A stretch of 64,000 nucleotides of DNA from Gracilinanus agilis (lineage: Eukaryota): NCBI RefSeq assembly GCF_016433145.1, contig NC_058132.1:87738799-87802798 (forward strand), in the 5' to 3' direction. The position numbers were made by a program, and so were the translations under genes. The first letter of the stretch is position 1; every line of letters starts with the position of its first letter. Of this stretch, positions 36,717-48,214 are shown in pieces. Below the pieces are notes generated by a model. It did not search any database, was not told where the DNA came from, and saw only the letters and a program-made list of their open reading frames with translations.

Positions 36717-37872
36717 TCCCCCACACCTCAAGAATGGGAGTCCCCCTTAGTGGGGAAGTCCCATGAGTTCACAGCTTTCCCATCCCCTTCTTGGCTCTTA
36801 TCACTCACTGCCCCTTGGTGATTGGGCAGCATTAATCAAATCAAGTCAACCTATTCATAATCAAATAGCCAGGTGACTTATAGCCACTACTTAATTAGTG
36901 ATTTAAATGTTCTATTCTGGATCCTTCTAGCCCTAGTCTGTGCCCTGCAATATAAAGAATACTGAATCTGGTACCAGGAAGCCCCCCTTTCTCCCAGGCA
37001 TTGCTACATCCTACCCTTTGTTAACCCCTCAGTTTCACTATCTGTCAGATGGAGACAATATGTGTTAGACTACCTGTCTTCAAGATTTGTTGAGAAAAAG
37101 AATTCTGAAAACTTTAAAGTTCAATAAAATTTGAACCATCATTTTGTAGTGATCTCATCCTGGGTCTGAGGGAATATGAATCTGCAATTTTATAAGTTGT
37201 GATTCTAGGATCTGCGGATCTATAGAACCCCTGGTTCTTGGATTCTAGGATTCAGAATTCTCAGATCTAGGTTGCTGTGAGTGAGTGTTAAGGTAGGCCA
37301 CCTGCAAAGAGTCACTTCTGGTGGACAGAATAGGCCACAGGCCTATTATGACTATATCATGCTGACACAGTGTGGTATGCTTTTTTTCCTCAATAACTCT
37401 GTAGTATGGGTCATTATCTCTTCTTTACAAATAGGGAAACTGAGTGTCTGAGAGGAATTCCAGAGGTGATCTTTATTGGAAATATCCCATTGAATCTCAA
37501 AATAATTGCTTCTTATACTCAGAGTGCCTGCTATATAGAGAAAGAAACATACACACATTTTGACCGTGGTAGGATAAGGAGAGAAGATGTCAGATCCTCC
37601 TTGTCTAGCGATACTCTAAGGGAATGGCTTAGATTTTCAAACATCTCATAGACATTCCCTCCTAAGCATTCATGGCTATATTCTGGCTACATGACCACCT
37701 TTTGGAAAGTAGCTCTTATGCTAAAAGCCTTGTGGTCTGAAAAAGAGAGAGGATTTAGCAAGCTTTTCCACTCATTTATGCTTCTCCCCACCCCCACAAA
37801 ATAGAAATATATTATTAAAACCTATAAGCATGTATGAAATCATTAATATTTTGTAAAAAATCAAGCAGCAAT

Positions 37873-38064
37873 GGGCAGCTGGGTAGCTCAGTGGAGTGAG
37901 AGTCAGGCCTAGAGACAGGAGGTCCTAGGTTCAAACCCGGCCTCAGACACTTCCCAGCTGTGTGACCCTGGGCAAGTCACTTGACCCCCATTGCCCACCC
38001 TTACCAATCTTCCACCTATGAGACAATACACCGAAGTACAAGGGTTTAAAAAAAAAATTTGAAA
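37873..38064 (+). mobile_element. Young SINE1_Mdo-type SINE with TSD
   Basis: Same body as the other copies; TSD aaaaaatcaagcagcaa at 37855-37871 and 38065-38081. Confidence 0.92.
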
Positions 38065-39087
38065 AAAAAATCAAGCAGCAAGATTTAAAGAAAACTAGCA
38101 TGGAGACTTTTTTCACCGATCTTCAATTGTTACCAAACTACTTAATTTAACCCTGCCTTCTAGTGCTAGACTTAGATGGAAATTGAAAATTTAATTTATC
38201 CTAAGCTTTATGCCAAAACCTTTACTCATGGCCTTCAACACTTTAGGGGGCCCTTTGAAATAAATAAAGAGCTTTTATGGTGGTTTCTGTTAACCCAGTT
38301 CTCACAGGAGGAGGAATGACCTAGCTTCCTACATGCCTTTGTTCTTCTGAGTGCCTCTTTTTTTTTTTTTTTCTTTTTTCTCCTGAAAAGAACCAAAAGA
38401 ATGAGGAGCCACATCACACTAAACTGGACTGATCAATATCTGAACACTGTGTTGGCTTTTTCTTTTATTGGTCAGAAGTAATTTGTATATCTCTGACAAA
38501 CCAGTTCTTAACTATTCCAACTCCCTCTGCTGTCCTGTAGATTAATTACTGCATTGTGAAAACAGCTGGATTTATGTCAAAGGGTCACCTAATAGCCCTC
38601 GTTAAGGCAGTCTAAGTGATCCGATTCAAAGTTACCTATTTCCCAACTATGTGAAGAGCTTAATTTTTGAAAATAACATGAACAAAGAGTTGAATGGCTA
38701 GTGGACAGGGAACTAACTGCACTTGGATTCAAAAAGACTCTAAGAGGGGTAAAAATTTCATTTCAGACACTCTGTGTCTGTGAGACCCTGGGCAAGTCAC
38801 TTGATCTCTGTTTGCCTCCGTTTCCTCAACTGTAAGAGCACCTAACTCCCAAGGTGTTGTGACTATCAGATGAGATGACATCTCTAAAGCAACCGGTATA
38901 GTTTCTGACACATAGTAGGCACTATATGGATGCTTATTCTTTTCCTTTCCCTGTCCCCTTCCAGCTCGATCCATGATCTTACGCTCCTGTGATGCAGAAA
39001 TTCTCTGTACAAGGAACAGTCTCATGTGTTTGGGTCATGGACCAGATGACCCTGCTTGAAGGGGGAGAGATATGATAGGGTAGGTAA

Positions 39088-39745
39088 AATGCAAGCCAAT
39101 GCAATGCAATGCAATACTGCAGACAATCCAAGTTGAATCGATTCAAAATAATCCAATTTAATCTAGTGTAGGACGGTATAGTACAATATGATACTGCAAA
39201 GTGAGGCGCTACAATGCTTTTGTTGTTGTTCCAGTCACACCCAATTTGGGGTTTTCTTGGTAGAGATTCTGGCTTGCCATTGACTTGTCCAGTTCCTTTT
39301 ACAGATGAAGAAACTAAGGCAAATAGGGTTAAGTGACTTGCCCAGAGTCACACTGACTAGTGAGTGTCTATGAGCAGATTTGAACTAAGGTAGGTGAGTT
39401 TTCTGGACTCCAGGTCCAACATTCTATCCACTGGGCTACCTCGTTGCCCTAATATAATTCAGTATTTTAAAGCAAAGCTGGGATGATATAATACTGCAAA
39501 GCGATGCCATGCAATATGCTGCAAAACAACTCAATATAATACAATAATGCAAAGTAATGCAAGGCAATATATTGCCCAAAAGCAATGCAATTTACAGTAC
39601 TCTCAGTGCCACACATTACTAGAAAGCAATGCAATGTCATGCAATACCGAAGCTATAAAAACACTGGATTGTAAAGCAAACCGATATTGCAAAATAATGC
39701 AAGACATGACTATGAAGCAATATGTAAAACAGTGCAATGCAATAC
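39088..39745. repeat. Degenerate (AATGC/AATAC)-type pentanucleotide array split by a SINE
   Basis: aatgcaatgcaatgcaatac at about 39098-39117 and many scattered gcaat/aatac units in 39451-39745. Confidence 0.65.
39220..39450 (-). mobile_element. MAR1-type SINE, antisense
   Basis: ttgttgttgtt...tttggggttttcttggtagagat...gaaactaaggcaaatagggttaagtgacttgcccagagtcacac...ttgccct. Confidence 0.8.
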
Positions 39746-40545
39746 CCATTTATTTCTCCAAAGCACTGAGGGAGCCCAGGGAAAATCCAGAGTTTAGAGG
39801 CGATATCATCCCCGTGTTCAAGAGAATGACAGGGCCCGAGAGGGTAGCAAAGCACTATTTCAAATACCTATAAGAAAATGTGCAATGGATGCACTAGGGG
39901 GACGCAGTGCCGTAGGTTAGGGGGAGGTAAGGAGTGCCCAAGAGGAACGCTACCAAACCAAAGGGTAATGAAAGATTCATGAAGGAGGTGCAATGTGAGT
40001 TTGGTTTTGAAGACCTGGATGGGAATTCCCTAAAGAGGGCCAGCCTGAATGATCTGATTTAGGCCACCACGGGAGGGAGACCTTTCTCTGGCTTTCTGGT
40101 TGTCGCCTTAATTGGTATAGTTCTTGATGACAATGACTGAGAGTGGCCAAGGCTCCCCCCTCTTTGCTTTCTTCCTACAGACATCCCTTTACCCTGCCCC
40201 TCCCCTGCTGGAACTATGAGGTCAAGGGTGATTTCACAATACCCCCCGGTTGGGGAGACTCTGCCCTACGGGGCAGGGCAGGGTAGGGACAGGGATGGGG
40301 GGGGAAAGGCAGACTCACTTTGCACTAAGGATGAGCCAGTAGCCAGACAAGGCCACATCTGGAGAGCTGGGGTGGGTGGCAGAATATTCCATCAACACCC
40401 AGCCCACACCCCGTCCCTCATACTCAGGGGACACAACGATAGCCAGACCTAGCAGCCTGAGTAATAATCATCTGAGACGGGGAACAGTGGCGAAGCTCAC
40501 CCACCCCCACCCCCTTCACCCTTGCCTTCCTGTCCACCAGGCCCC

Positions 40546-42312
40546 ATGCCCCACACCACCTCCAAGTCCCAAGTTCCAGTACCAGTGCAGATGGCCCAAA
40601 ATGGGCAGACTTCACGGCAGCCCCCAGGCAAAGATGTCTCCCCAAGCATCATCAGGGTATTGGTGAAGACGCCTAATGCCCAGGAGGAATTTGTGGTGTC
40701 GGACGATACTACCGTGAGTCAATTCAAAGAGGCCATTTCAACCCAGTTCAAATGCAATGTTGATCAGCTAGTTCTGGTTTTTGTGGGCCGTATCCTGAAA
40801 GATCAGGACACTCTGTATCAGAGGGGTATCTTGGATGGCTATACGGTCCATCTGGTCATCAAGTCCAAGAATGGTCCCCCACCCCAGCCCTCCGGGCCCC
40901 ACGGGCCACTTCTCATGGACTTGGGCCCTCGAGAGGGAATAGGAAAAGTAGTGGGTAATGGGGGGCGACAGCCCATCATCCCTATCCGTAACACAATGCC
41001 GCCCCCCATACCAGCTAGTGAGCCTGAGAAGGCCAAAGCCCAGAGTCAGGTTCCACAGCCACGTACCGCAGAGAGAATGGCGCAGATGCTTGAGAGTCCT
41101 GTCATCCAACAGCTCCTCTCCAACACCGAGCTGATGAGGCAGTTGATCATGGACCACCCTGAGGTGCAGCAGCTGATGAAACAGAATCCTGAGGTGGGCC
41201 ACATCCTGGACAACTCAGAGATTCTGCGGCACACCCTGGACCTGGCTCGGAATCCAGCCATGATGCAGGAGATGATACAGAGACCTGATATGCCAAGGCC
41301 CCCAGAAGGCTTCTGGGGTAATGAGACAAACCCTGGAGGGGACAATGCCCTGGGGCGGAACTATACCGAGCTCCCTGATTCCTTGTTTGGTGGTATTCAG
41401 GATCCTTTGCGGGAGAATCTTTTCACAGAGCTCATGCATGGGGCTTCATCCCTGGGAGGCACCTCCCACACTCAAAGCCATGAGAAGCAGGATTCCAAAC
41501 CCATGCCCCGTGTCCTACACAATCCACCCCCCGGCCATCCCCTCAGTGGCCCCACTCCTGTTGCTGCTGCCATGGCCAATGCCCCAGCTGCCACTTCCAA
41601 GGGTTCAAGCCGGGCACGTACCTCTAGCACCCAAGGCGTCCCTCCCCTGTCCACAGAGTCTCTTGACCATAAGGCAGACAGGAACTTCCCCAACATGGCA
41701 GATGACCCCCAGCTTCTAGAAGACTTGACCTCTGGGAGCCGATTTACAGGCAGCATGCTACAGCTGCTGGTACAAAACCCACACCTGGCAGCACAGATGA
41801 TGCTGTTCATGGGGTCACCTCAGCTCTATGAGCAGATGCGGCAACAGCTCCCCACGATCCTGCAGCAGATGCAGCTGTCAGACCTGCTGCTGGCCCTGGC
41901 AAACCCCAAAGCGTCCCAGGCACTGCTGCAGATTGAGCAAGGTCTCCAGATGCTGTCCACAGAAGCTCCAGCCTTGCTGCCATGGCTCACCCCGTACCTG
42001 TGGGGCTTGGGGAGGAACGGCTTCCCCGAGACCACCGCAGCAGGGGCCCAGAGCAAGGAGGCGCCTGGTCCTCCGGGCAGAGGGAAGACCGATACACGCT
42101 ACCAACCCCTCGCCATCCTCCAGCGTCTTCAGGCTCTTGCTGGAGGATACTCCCAGCAGATGCAGCCTCCTGAAGTCCGATTCCGTCCGCAGATGGAACG
42201 TCTGAGAGCCATGGGCTTCCGCAACCACAATGCCAACCTTCAGGCATTGATTGCCACTGAAGGAGACACCAGTGCTGCTGTCCGTAGGCTCAAAAGGTCC
42301 CAGGCATCTTAG
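40546..42312 (+). CDS. UBQLNL: Ubiquilin-like protein, 588 aa, intronless CDS: UBL domain, STI1-like repeats, UBA domain
   Basis: [11 protein letters not shown]...[36 protein letters not shown]; [11 protein letters not shown]; [11 protein letters not shown]...[17 protein letters not shown] matches recalled human UBQLNL; UBA PEVRF...[15 protein letters not shown]. Acceptor ccttcctgtccaccag ends at 40540, ATG 40546. Confidence 0.9.
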   Translation: MPHTTSKSQVPVPVQMAQNGQTSRQPPGKDVSPSIIRVLVKTPNAQEEFVVSDDTTVSQFKEAISTQFKCNVDQLVLVFVGRILKDQDTLYQRGILDGYTVHLVIKSKNGPPPQPSGPHGPLLMDLGPREGIGKVVGNGGRQPIIPIRNTMPPPIPASEPEKAKAQSQVPQPRTAERMAQMLESPVIQQLLSNTELMRQLIMDHPEVQQLMKQNPEVGHILDNSEILRHTLDLARNPAMMQEMIQRPDMPRPPEGFWGNETNPGGDNALGRNYTELPDSLFGGIQDPLRENLFTELMHGASSLGGTSHTQSHEKQDSKPMPRVLHNPPPGHPLSGPTPVAAAMANAPAATSKGSSRARTSSTQGVPPLSTESLDHKADRNFPNMADDPQLLEDLTSGSRFTGSMLQLLVQNPHLAAQMMLFMGSPQLYEQMRQQLPTILQQMQLSDLLLALANPKASQALLQIEQGLQMLSTEAPALLPWLTPYLWGLGRNGFPETTAAGAQSKEAPGPPGRGKTDTRYQPLAILQRLQALAGGYSQQMQPPEVRFRPQMERLRAMGFRNHNANLQALIATEGDTSAAVRRLKRSQAS

Positions 42313-42428
42313 TTGTGTTGTTCCCCTTCTGTCTCCTTGCTCTTTCTTCTGGGTTTGCCTGTCGTAGGACATGAAAAAACAACCAAGATCCCTTCCCTAT
42401 GGAACAACTGACCACTGGTCACAGTGGA

Positions 42429-42434
42429 AATAAA
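42429..42434 (+). terminator. Polyadenylation signal AATAAA for UBQLNL
   Basis: First AATAAA 117 nt after the stop, followed by GT/T-rich sequence. Confidence 0.65.
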
Positions 42435-43547
42435 GTGTGATGGCTACATGTGATTTGTCAGCTCTAAAAGCTTTTGTCTCCCTCTTTGGCCCAGTCTTCC
42501 CTCCCTGGACTCTTTTTGGGGAAATGGCACTAGATTAAGAGTTTGATCACAGGTTCATGGATATAAAGTTGGGAAGGAATTGGGAAACTATCTAGTCCAA
42601 TCCCTTCATTTTATAGGAAACTGAGAATTATATATTAAATGACTTATTCAAGATCATCCAGACAGGACTCAACCCTAATTCCTCTTACGGCAAACCGGTA
42701 CTTTCCATGTTCCTTCTTGCTTACAGGACAGTGAGTTTTAAATTAATGCCCTGGACTAATATTGCTTCTCTTCTTCCTCCCCCAAACACCATCACACCTA
42801 CCCTCTCATGTTTAGGTATCATAAACATATGTGCAATGATGCTCACATTCATGCAAAGACTTCATCATACATGTCCAACTGCATGTCCACTCAGAGACTA
42901 ATTTGCCCACATTCATCCAAATGCATTCACTGGAACATGATTTTACAAGTGTGCAAACACAAATGCATATAAGCAGTTCTATCTCCATCTCCATCTCCAT
43001 CTCATCTGCACCACTCATTTGGAACATCATTGTTGCATGGTAGAGAATTGGTCTTAAAACTGGGAAACATATAGTCTTATGGAGGTCAAGTCTCCATCTC
43101 TGACATGATGGGCTGTAAGCCAAGGCCTTTAACATCTCATTCTCCTAGGTAGCCCTCTAGGACAATACCTTGCAGGGAAGGTGCTGGGCTTCATGGGGGA
43201 AAGGAGTTCCCTAACTCAGGGGGTTAACTATACAGTAAAATCATAGGTTCAGACCCTATTCCTTAGGATTCCCATTAAATGTTCAGTTAGATTGAAATCA
43301 GCTCATATCTTTTGAATGCCATCAAGCCCTGTACTTAGCTTTATTTTTAGAAAGACCAGGAGAAGAAGCCTGTACTATTGGTAAGGGAAGAAAAAATCAT
43401 GACTGACTGAATAAGACACAAAAGATAACCTTGGAAGTTGTTTTTTGTTTTGTTTTGTTTTGTTTTTTTTTTAAATCTAGACACCAAAGATAGCAGTTCA
43501 TACAATTTCCTAGGAAAGTAAGTCAAGGGCTCCTTAGAAAGAAGCTC

Positions 43548-43745
43548 GGGGGGGGGCAGCTGGGTAGCTCAGTGGAGTGAGAGTCAGGCCTAGAGACAGG
43601 AGGTCCTAGGTTCAAACCCGGCCTCAGCCACTTCCCAGTGACCCTGGGCAAGTCACTTGACCCCCATTGCCCACCCTTACCAATCTTCCACCTATGAGAC
43701 AATACACCAAAAAGTACAAGGGTAAAAAAAAAACAACAAAAAAAC
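43548..43745 (+). mobile_element. Young SINE1_Mdo-type SINE with 12-bp TSD and a 5-nt internal deletion
   Basis: TSD agaaagaagctc at 43536-43547 and 43746-43757; cttcccagtgaccc lacks the ctgtg seen in the other copies. Confidence 0.9.
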
Positions 43746-45354
43746 AGAAAGAAGCTCAGTGATCACAAGAACTAGTATAGATTCACACAGGAAAAATTTG
43801 GACTAGAGAACGCCAGAAGTCCCTGCCAACTTTGAGATCCTATGAGTTTTGAACTTGAGCTTGATTAATCAAGAAAGACTTGATTAATAAGGGCCAAAAT
43901 AATGACCCCTCCTTTAAAAAAGAGATAGGGATTGAGCTAGGCCTAGAATTGGAAGGGTAAAAATAGGTTAGGAACTGCAGTTCAAACAAATTTCAGTCAT
44001 AAATATCTGATCCCATGGAATAATGGAGATTCTGTGATCATAGGAAATAACATTTCTCTTTCTCACAAGAGCTCTTAAAATAGTTTGCTATCTGTCTCTC
44101 ATCCTTGAAATGTTTTCCCTTCTTATCTCTGCTTCTTCCCTTCTCTGGCTTCTTTCAGGTCTCATTTAAATCCTGCCTTTTCCAAGGAGTCTTTCCTAGT
44201 CTTTCTTAGTTCTAGTGCATTTTGCCTATTGATTATTTCCTATTTTCCATCAATATAGTACATGCTGTCTCCCCAGTAGGATGGGTGCTTCTTGAGAACA
44301 GAAATTGTACTTTTCCCTTCTTTATATTTCTGAAACTCCTCGACACAGTGCCTGGCATGAAGAAGACATAATAAATTTTTACTGACACCTAGCATATCGT
44401 CTAAATCTTTTGTTCTCCAAATCAATCATCCCAGTTTCTTCAAGTGATACTTGCATGGCTTAGTTTCTAATGATCTCTGCATCCTACTTACTTTCCTCCC
44501 TATTTTTTCAGCATAATACTACTTCTGAGATTCTGGAAAATAATCATAAGAACTCACATTTCTGTGGAATTGTAAGATTTCCGTCACTTTTCCAAATAGT
44601 TTAACCTCTCAACCTTATTCTTCTCATCTAGGAATAGTGTGGTTTGGCTAGATGAACTCTAAGTTCACTTGTAACATACTCTAAGTGGATTAACCTCTAT
44701 CTATAGGAAGAGATAGAAATCCCTTTGCCTAGAAAATGAGTCCCTCTGCAGTCAGACTTAAAGAGGCATCACAGACTTGTAAATAAAGTGCTAATACAGG
44801 AATCAGGAATCAAATTGAATATTTGACATTCAATAGCTTTGTGAAATTAAATAAATCATAACCTTCAGGCACTATATAAATATGACCCATTATCATTAGA
44901 CAACATGTACTTCCATCAATGATGACAATGAAACAAGGCAGAACCTCAACCTCAGAGTTCACAGTCACAGTCTCTTGTCTCTCAGGGGCTTTTCTCTATC
45001 TCCATTATTTATATTCTAGCATAATCATAGTGTTAGCTTGGTAAAGGTAGAAATGAAAAAGAGAGTGAGTATGTGATGGTATGCTCCATTACACCAAATC
45101 ATCCACATTACTGACCTTGCCATCATCCTTGACTCTTTACTCTCTCCCCTCTGACACCACATCCAATCAGAAGACAAATGTCATGGATTTTCCTTCCACA
45201 ATTCACCATCAGTCTCTTTCATACCTATGAAGCACTTCACAGCAGGTCTTCATCATTCCTCATTTGACCTATAATTAACCCAGCAGTATGAAGAATGAAT
45301 CCTTTGAAATGGTCCCATTGTTTGAAATTCATACCCAACTAGGATAATAATAAG

Positions 45355-46448
45355 GTGGGGGGGGGGAGGGAGGAAAGATGAAGCCAACATGGTGGCTTAA
45401 TAGCAGCAAAAGCTGAAGCTACTCTGGCAGTTCTTCCAAACCAATCTTTAAAAAGAGCCTCAAAATGATGAGTCAAAAACCAATAGCAAGACAGAGTGAG
45501 AGGCTCTCCTGATGAATGCAACTTGAAAGGTAGGCAGAGACAGTCGAGTTTTATGGAATAAGAGAGGGAACCAGGAGCAAAATTGCATACAGAGGAATGT
45601 TGGCTGACCACCACCCCCTCCACCTATTGTGCCAGGTTCTGATTCTGGGAATAGGCCAATTTTGGAATCATAGGACCCTGGCTACAACAACAAAAGAGAA
45701 TCCCACACTCCAGACTCAGCCCTTGAATTCCCAGGCCTTGGCACTATCCCAAAATGAGGCCTGGAAGTCCATAGAGCTTTCAAGCCTGAACTGTAATGAA
45801 GACTAGCCCCAGGGCAAAAGAGCTCACAGGAAGCCATCAGCAGAGGAGACAGAATCATCAGCTTTCAGAATTCCTAGTTTACAGTAAAAAAAAGACTGGA
45901 AACTGAGTAAACAGCAATAGAAACTTCTAACCCTAGAAAATTTCGATGGAGACAAAAAAATGGAGCACAGAAGGAATAGGGAACAATAAGATTGAAGCAA
46001 CCACATGCAAAACTTCAAAGAAAAATAGAAACTGGTCTCAAGTCCTACAAGAGCTAAAAAAGGAACATAAAAATCAAAGACAGGGAAGAAAAATGGGAAA
46101 AAGAAATTAAAATAACACAAAAAGAAAGTAATAGCTTAAAAAGCAAACTTGATCAACTGGAAAAGGAGGCAAAAAAAAAGCCAATGAAGAAAGTAGTTCC
46201 ATGAAAATAGAGTGAACCAAATAGAAAATGAGGATCAAAAGGTCATGGAAGAAATTCATTCTTTAAAAATTAGAAACAGGAAAATAGTAGATGATGCCTT
46301 CAGGAGACATCAAGAAAAATAAAACAAAATCAAAAGAATGAAGAAATAGAAGAAAATATGAAATATCTCACTGAAAAAAAAACTGACCTGGAAAATAGAT
46401 CCAGGAGAGACAATTTAAGAATTATTGAACTACCTGAAAATCATGACT
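45355..46448 (+). mobile_element. L1 5' UTR plus N-terminal ORF1, 3'-truncated
   Basis: gccaacatggtggc start; ORF1 motif TDLENRSRRDNLRIIELPE encoded at about 46383-46439; then an abrupt return to a MIR. Confidence 0.8.
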
Positions 46449-46901
46449 AACTAGATTAATAAAACCTATATAGTCCATAGGGTTGCTGTATGATTCAAAT
46501 AGGGTAATGTATATGTAGTATATTAGGGTATGTAAAACTTCATCAAACATGAAATAAATGCCTATTATGATTTCAACATAATTTTGCATTTTCTTTCATT
46601 CTCTTCCCCTTCACATACTCTATTCCAACAAAACTAGTTTTTTAGCAATTTCTTAGGACTGGTCATTCTATCACTTGTCTTCTTTCTAATAAACGGCCAA
46701 GTAACAAGGCCTAATATCTAGTCTAGTGTCCTTTCTGCCTCTCCAAACCTCTTCCTTCTAGCTCAACTCCAGTGTTATCTCTTCTTTGAAGCCTTCTCTG
46801 ATCTTTCCTAGATGATGTTGTCTCCTACATTACCCTTGTACATATTTTAGTGGAGATGCTAAAGCCTTAAAGGAGAATATATACTCTCCAAGGATATAGA
46901 T

Positions 46902-47093
46902 CAGTGATTCCCAAAGTGGGTGCTACTGCCCTTGGTGAGTGCTGCAGTGATCGGGAGGGGGGGTGATGGCCACAGGTGTATTCATCTTTCTTATTAATTG
47001 CTATTAAAATTTAAAAAAAATAATTTTCAGGGGGGTTAAGTAATAATTTTTCTGGAAAAGGGGCGGTAGGCCAAAATAGTATGGGAACCATTG
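46902..47093. mobile_element. hAT-Charlie non-autonomous DNA transposon (MITE), 192 bp
   Basis: TIRs cagtgattcccaaa and tatgggaaccattg (rc caatggttcccata); left 8-mer atatagat has the central TA typical of Charlie targets; right TSD degraded. Confidence 0.8.
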
Positions 47094-48214
47094 AAAAGAT
47101 AGTTTCATATTTGTCTCAGAATGGAGGCTCAAACAGAACCTGGATGACTATTTATTTTTGGGGGTTATCGAAGGTCATTTCTCATATATGAATTTCTAAT
47201 TTATGTCCATTGAAGGAGTTTCCCTACTAGGAATTACTTACACTAATGCAGGGGTTGTATGGCTCTCAAGCCATATCTGGCTCCACCTCCTGACCAGCCA
47301 GTCTGGGCAGAGCCCCAGGATGTGCCCCAGGGGGCCCTTCAGCCCCTGCCCCATATTCCAGCACCTTCTGCCTCCATCCTCCTCCTTCCACAGGTGTTTA
47401 TGGCTGTCACGGCCAAAAAGGTTGCCGAAGGTTGCACTAATGCAATGACAGGTCTGGATGTGAGGTAGCTGGGTCATACAGTGAGGAGAGACCCAATCCA
47501 GGTCTAAGTCCTCCCTGCCACATAATGGCCGTGTGACCTTAGGAAAATCATTTAAGTTCTCAGGGCTCTAGGTAACTAAAGAAATTTTAAAACAGGTGAT
47601 GGTCTACATTGGTAGAGAAAATTTCTTCACTGACCTATAACAATGAAAAGAGATGTTTATTTAAAAAGGTAAGGTTCTTGATATGACAAAATTTATACAT
47701 TTATCTATTAACTATCTACACACAAGGCTCATCACTATCAGTATCTCTCTCTTATACCTATTAATCCCATTTTATAAAGAAACTGAAGCAGATAAAGTTT
47801 ATCTCACTTGTCCAAGGTCACACAGCTTATAAGTATTTGAAGGTTGGAAATGAATTGGGTTCTTCCTTAATCTATCCCTAATGGTTTATTCACTGTACTA
47901 CTAATTGCTTCTAGGAAAAATGGGTTGAGGTTTCAAATGGGAAATTTTAAACTTTATATAAAGAAAAAATTCTTAACAGAACTATGCCAGAATAGAACAG
48001 GATACCTCAGGAAGTAATGTAATTCCCCTTACTAAAGACCTTCAAGCAAAGGCTACATAATGCCTTGTTATCTGTATGTTGCAGAGATACATAAAGTATA
48101 TATGTAAATCTTGGGTTTCAGGTTAGAGTAGATGAGCCCTGAAGTCCCTCTTAAACTCTCCAAATCAAAGATTCTAGTTTAAATCCCAGTTCTCCTTGAG
48201 TTGTGATTGTCTCT

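Noticed and set aside
39547-39873. 108-aa Cys/Asn/Gln-rich ORF
   Set aside because: Composition is explained by the degenerate AATGC repeat.
40021-40030. Perfect kB palindrome GGGAATTCCC upstream of UBQLNL
   Set aside because: Single site within L2-like sequence; no supporting context.
40768-42372. Several 60-160 aa antisense and off-frame ORFs over UBQLNL (likewise over both ORs)
   Set aside because: Expected shadows of GC-rich coding sequence; no independent motifs.
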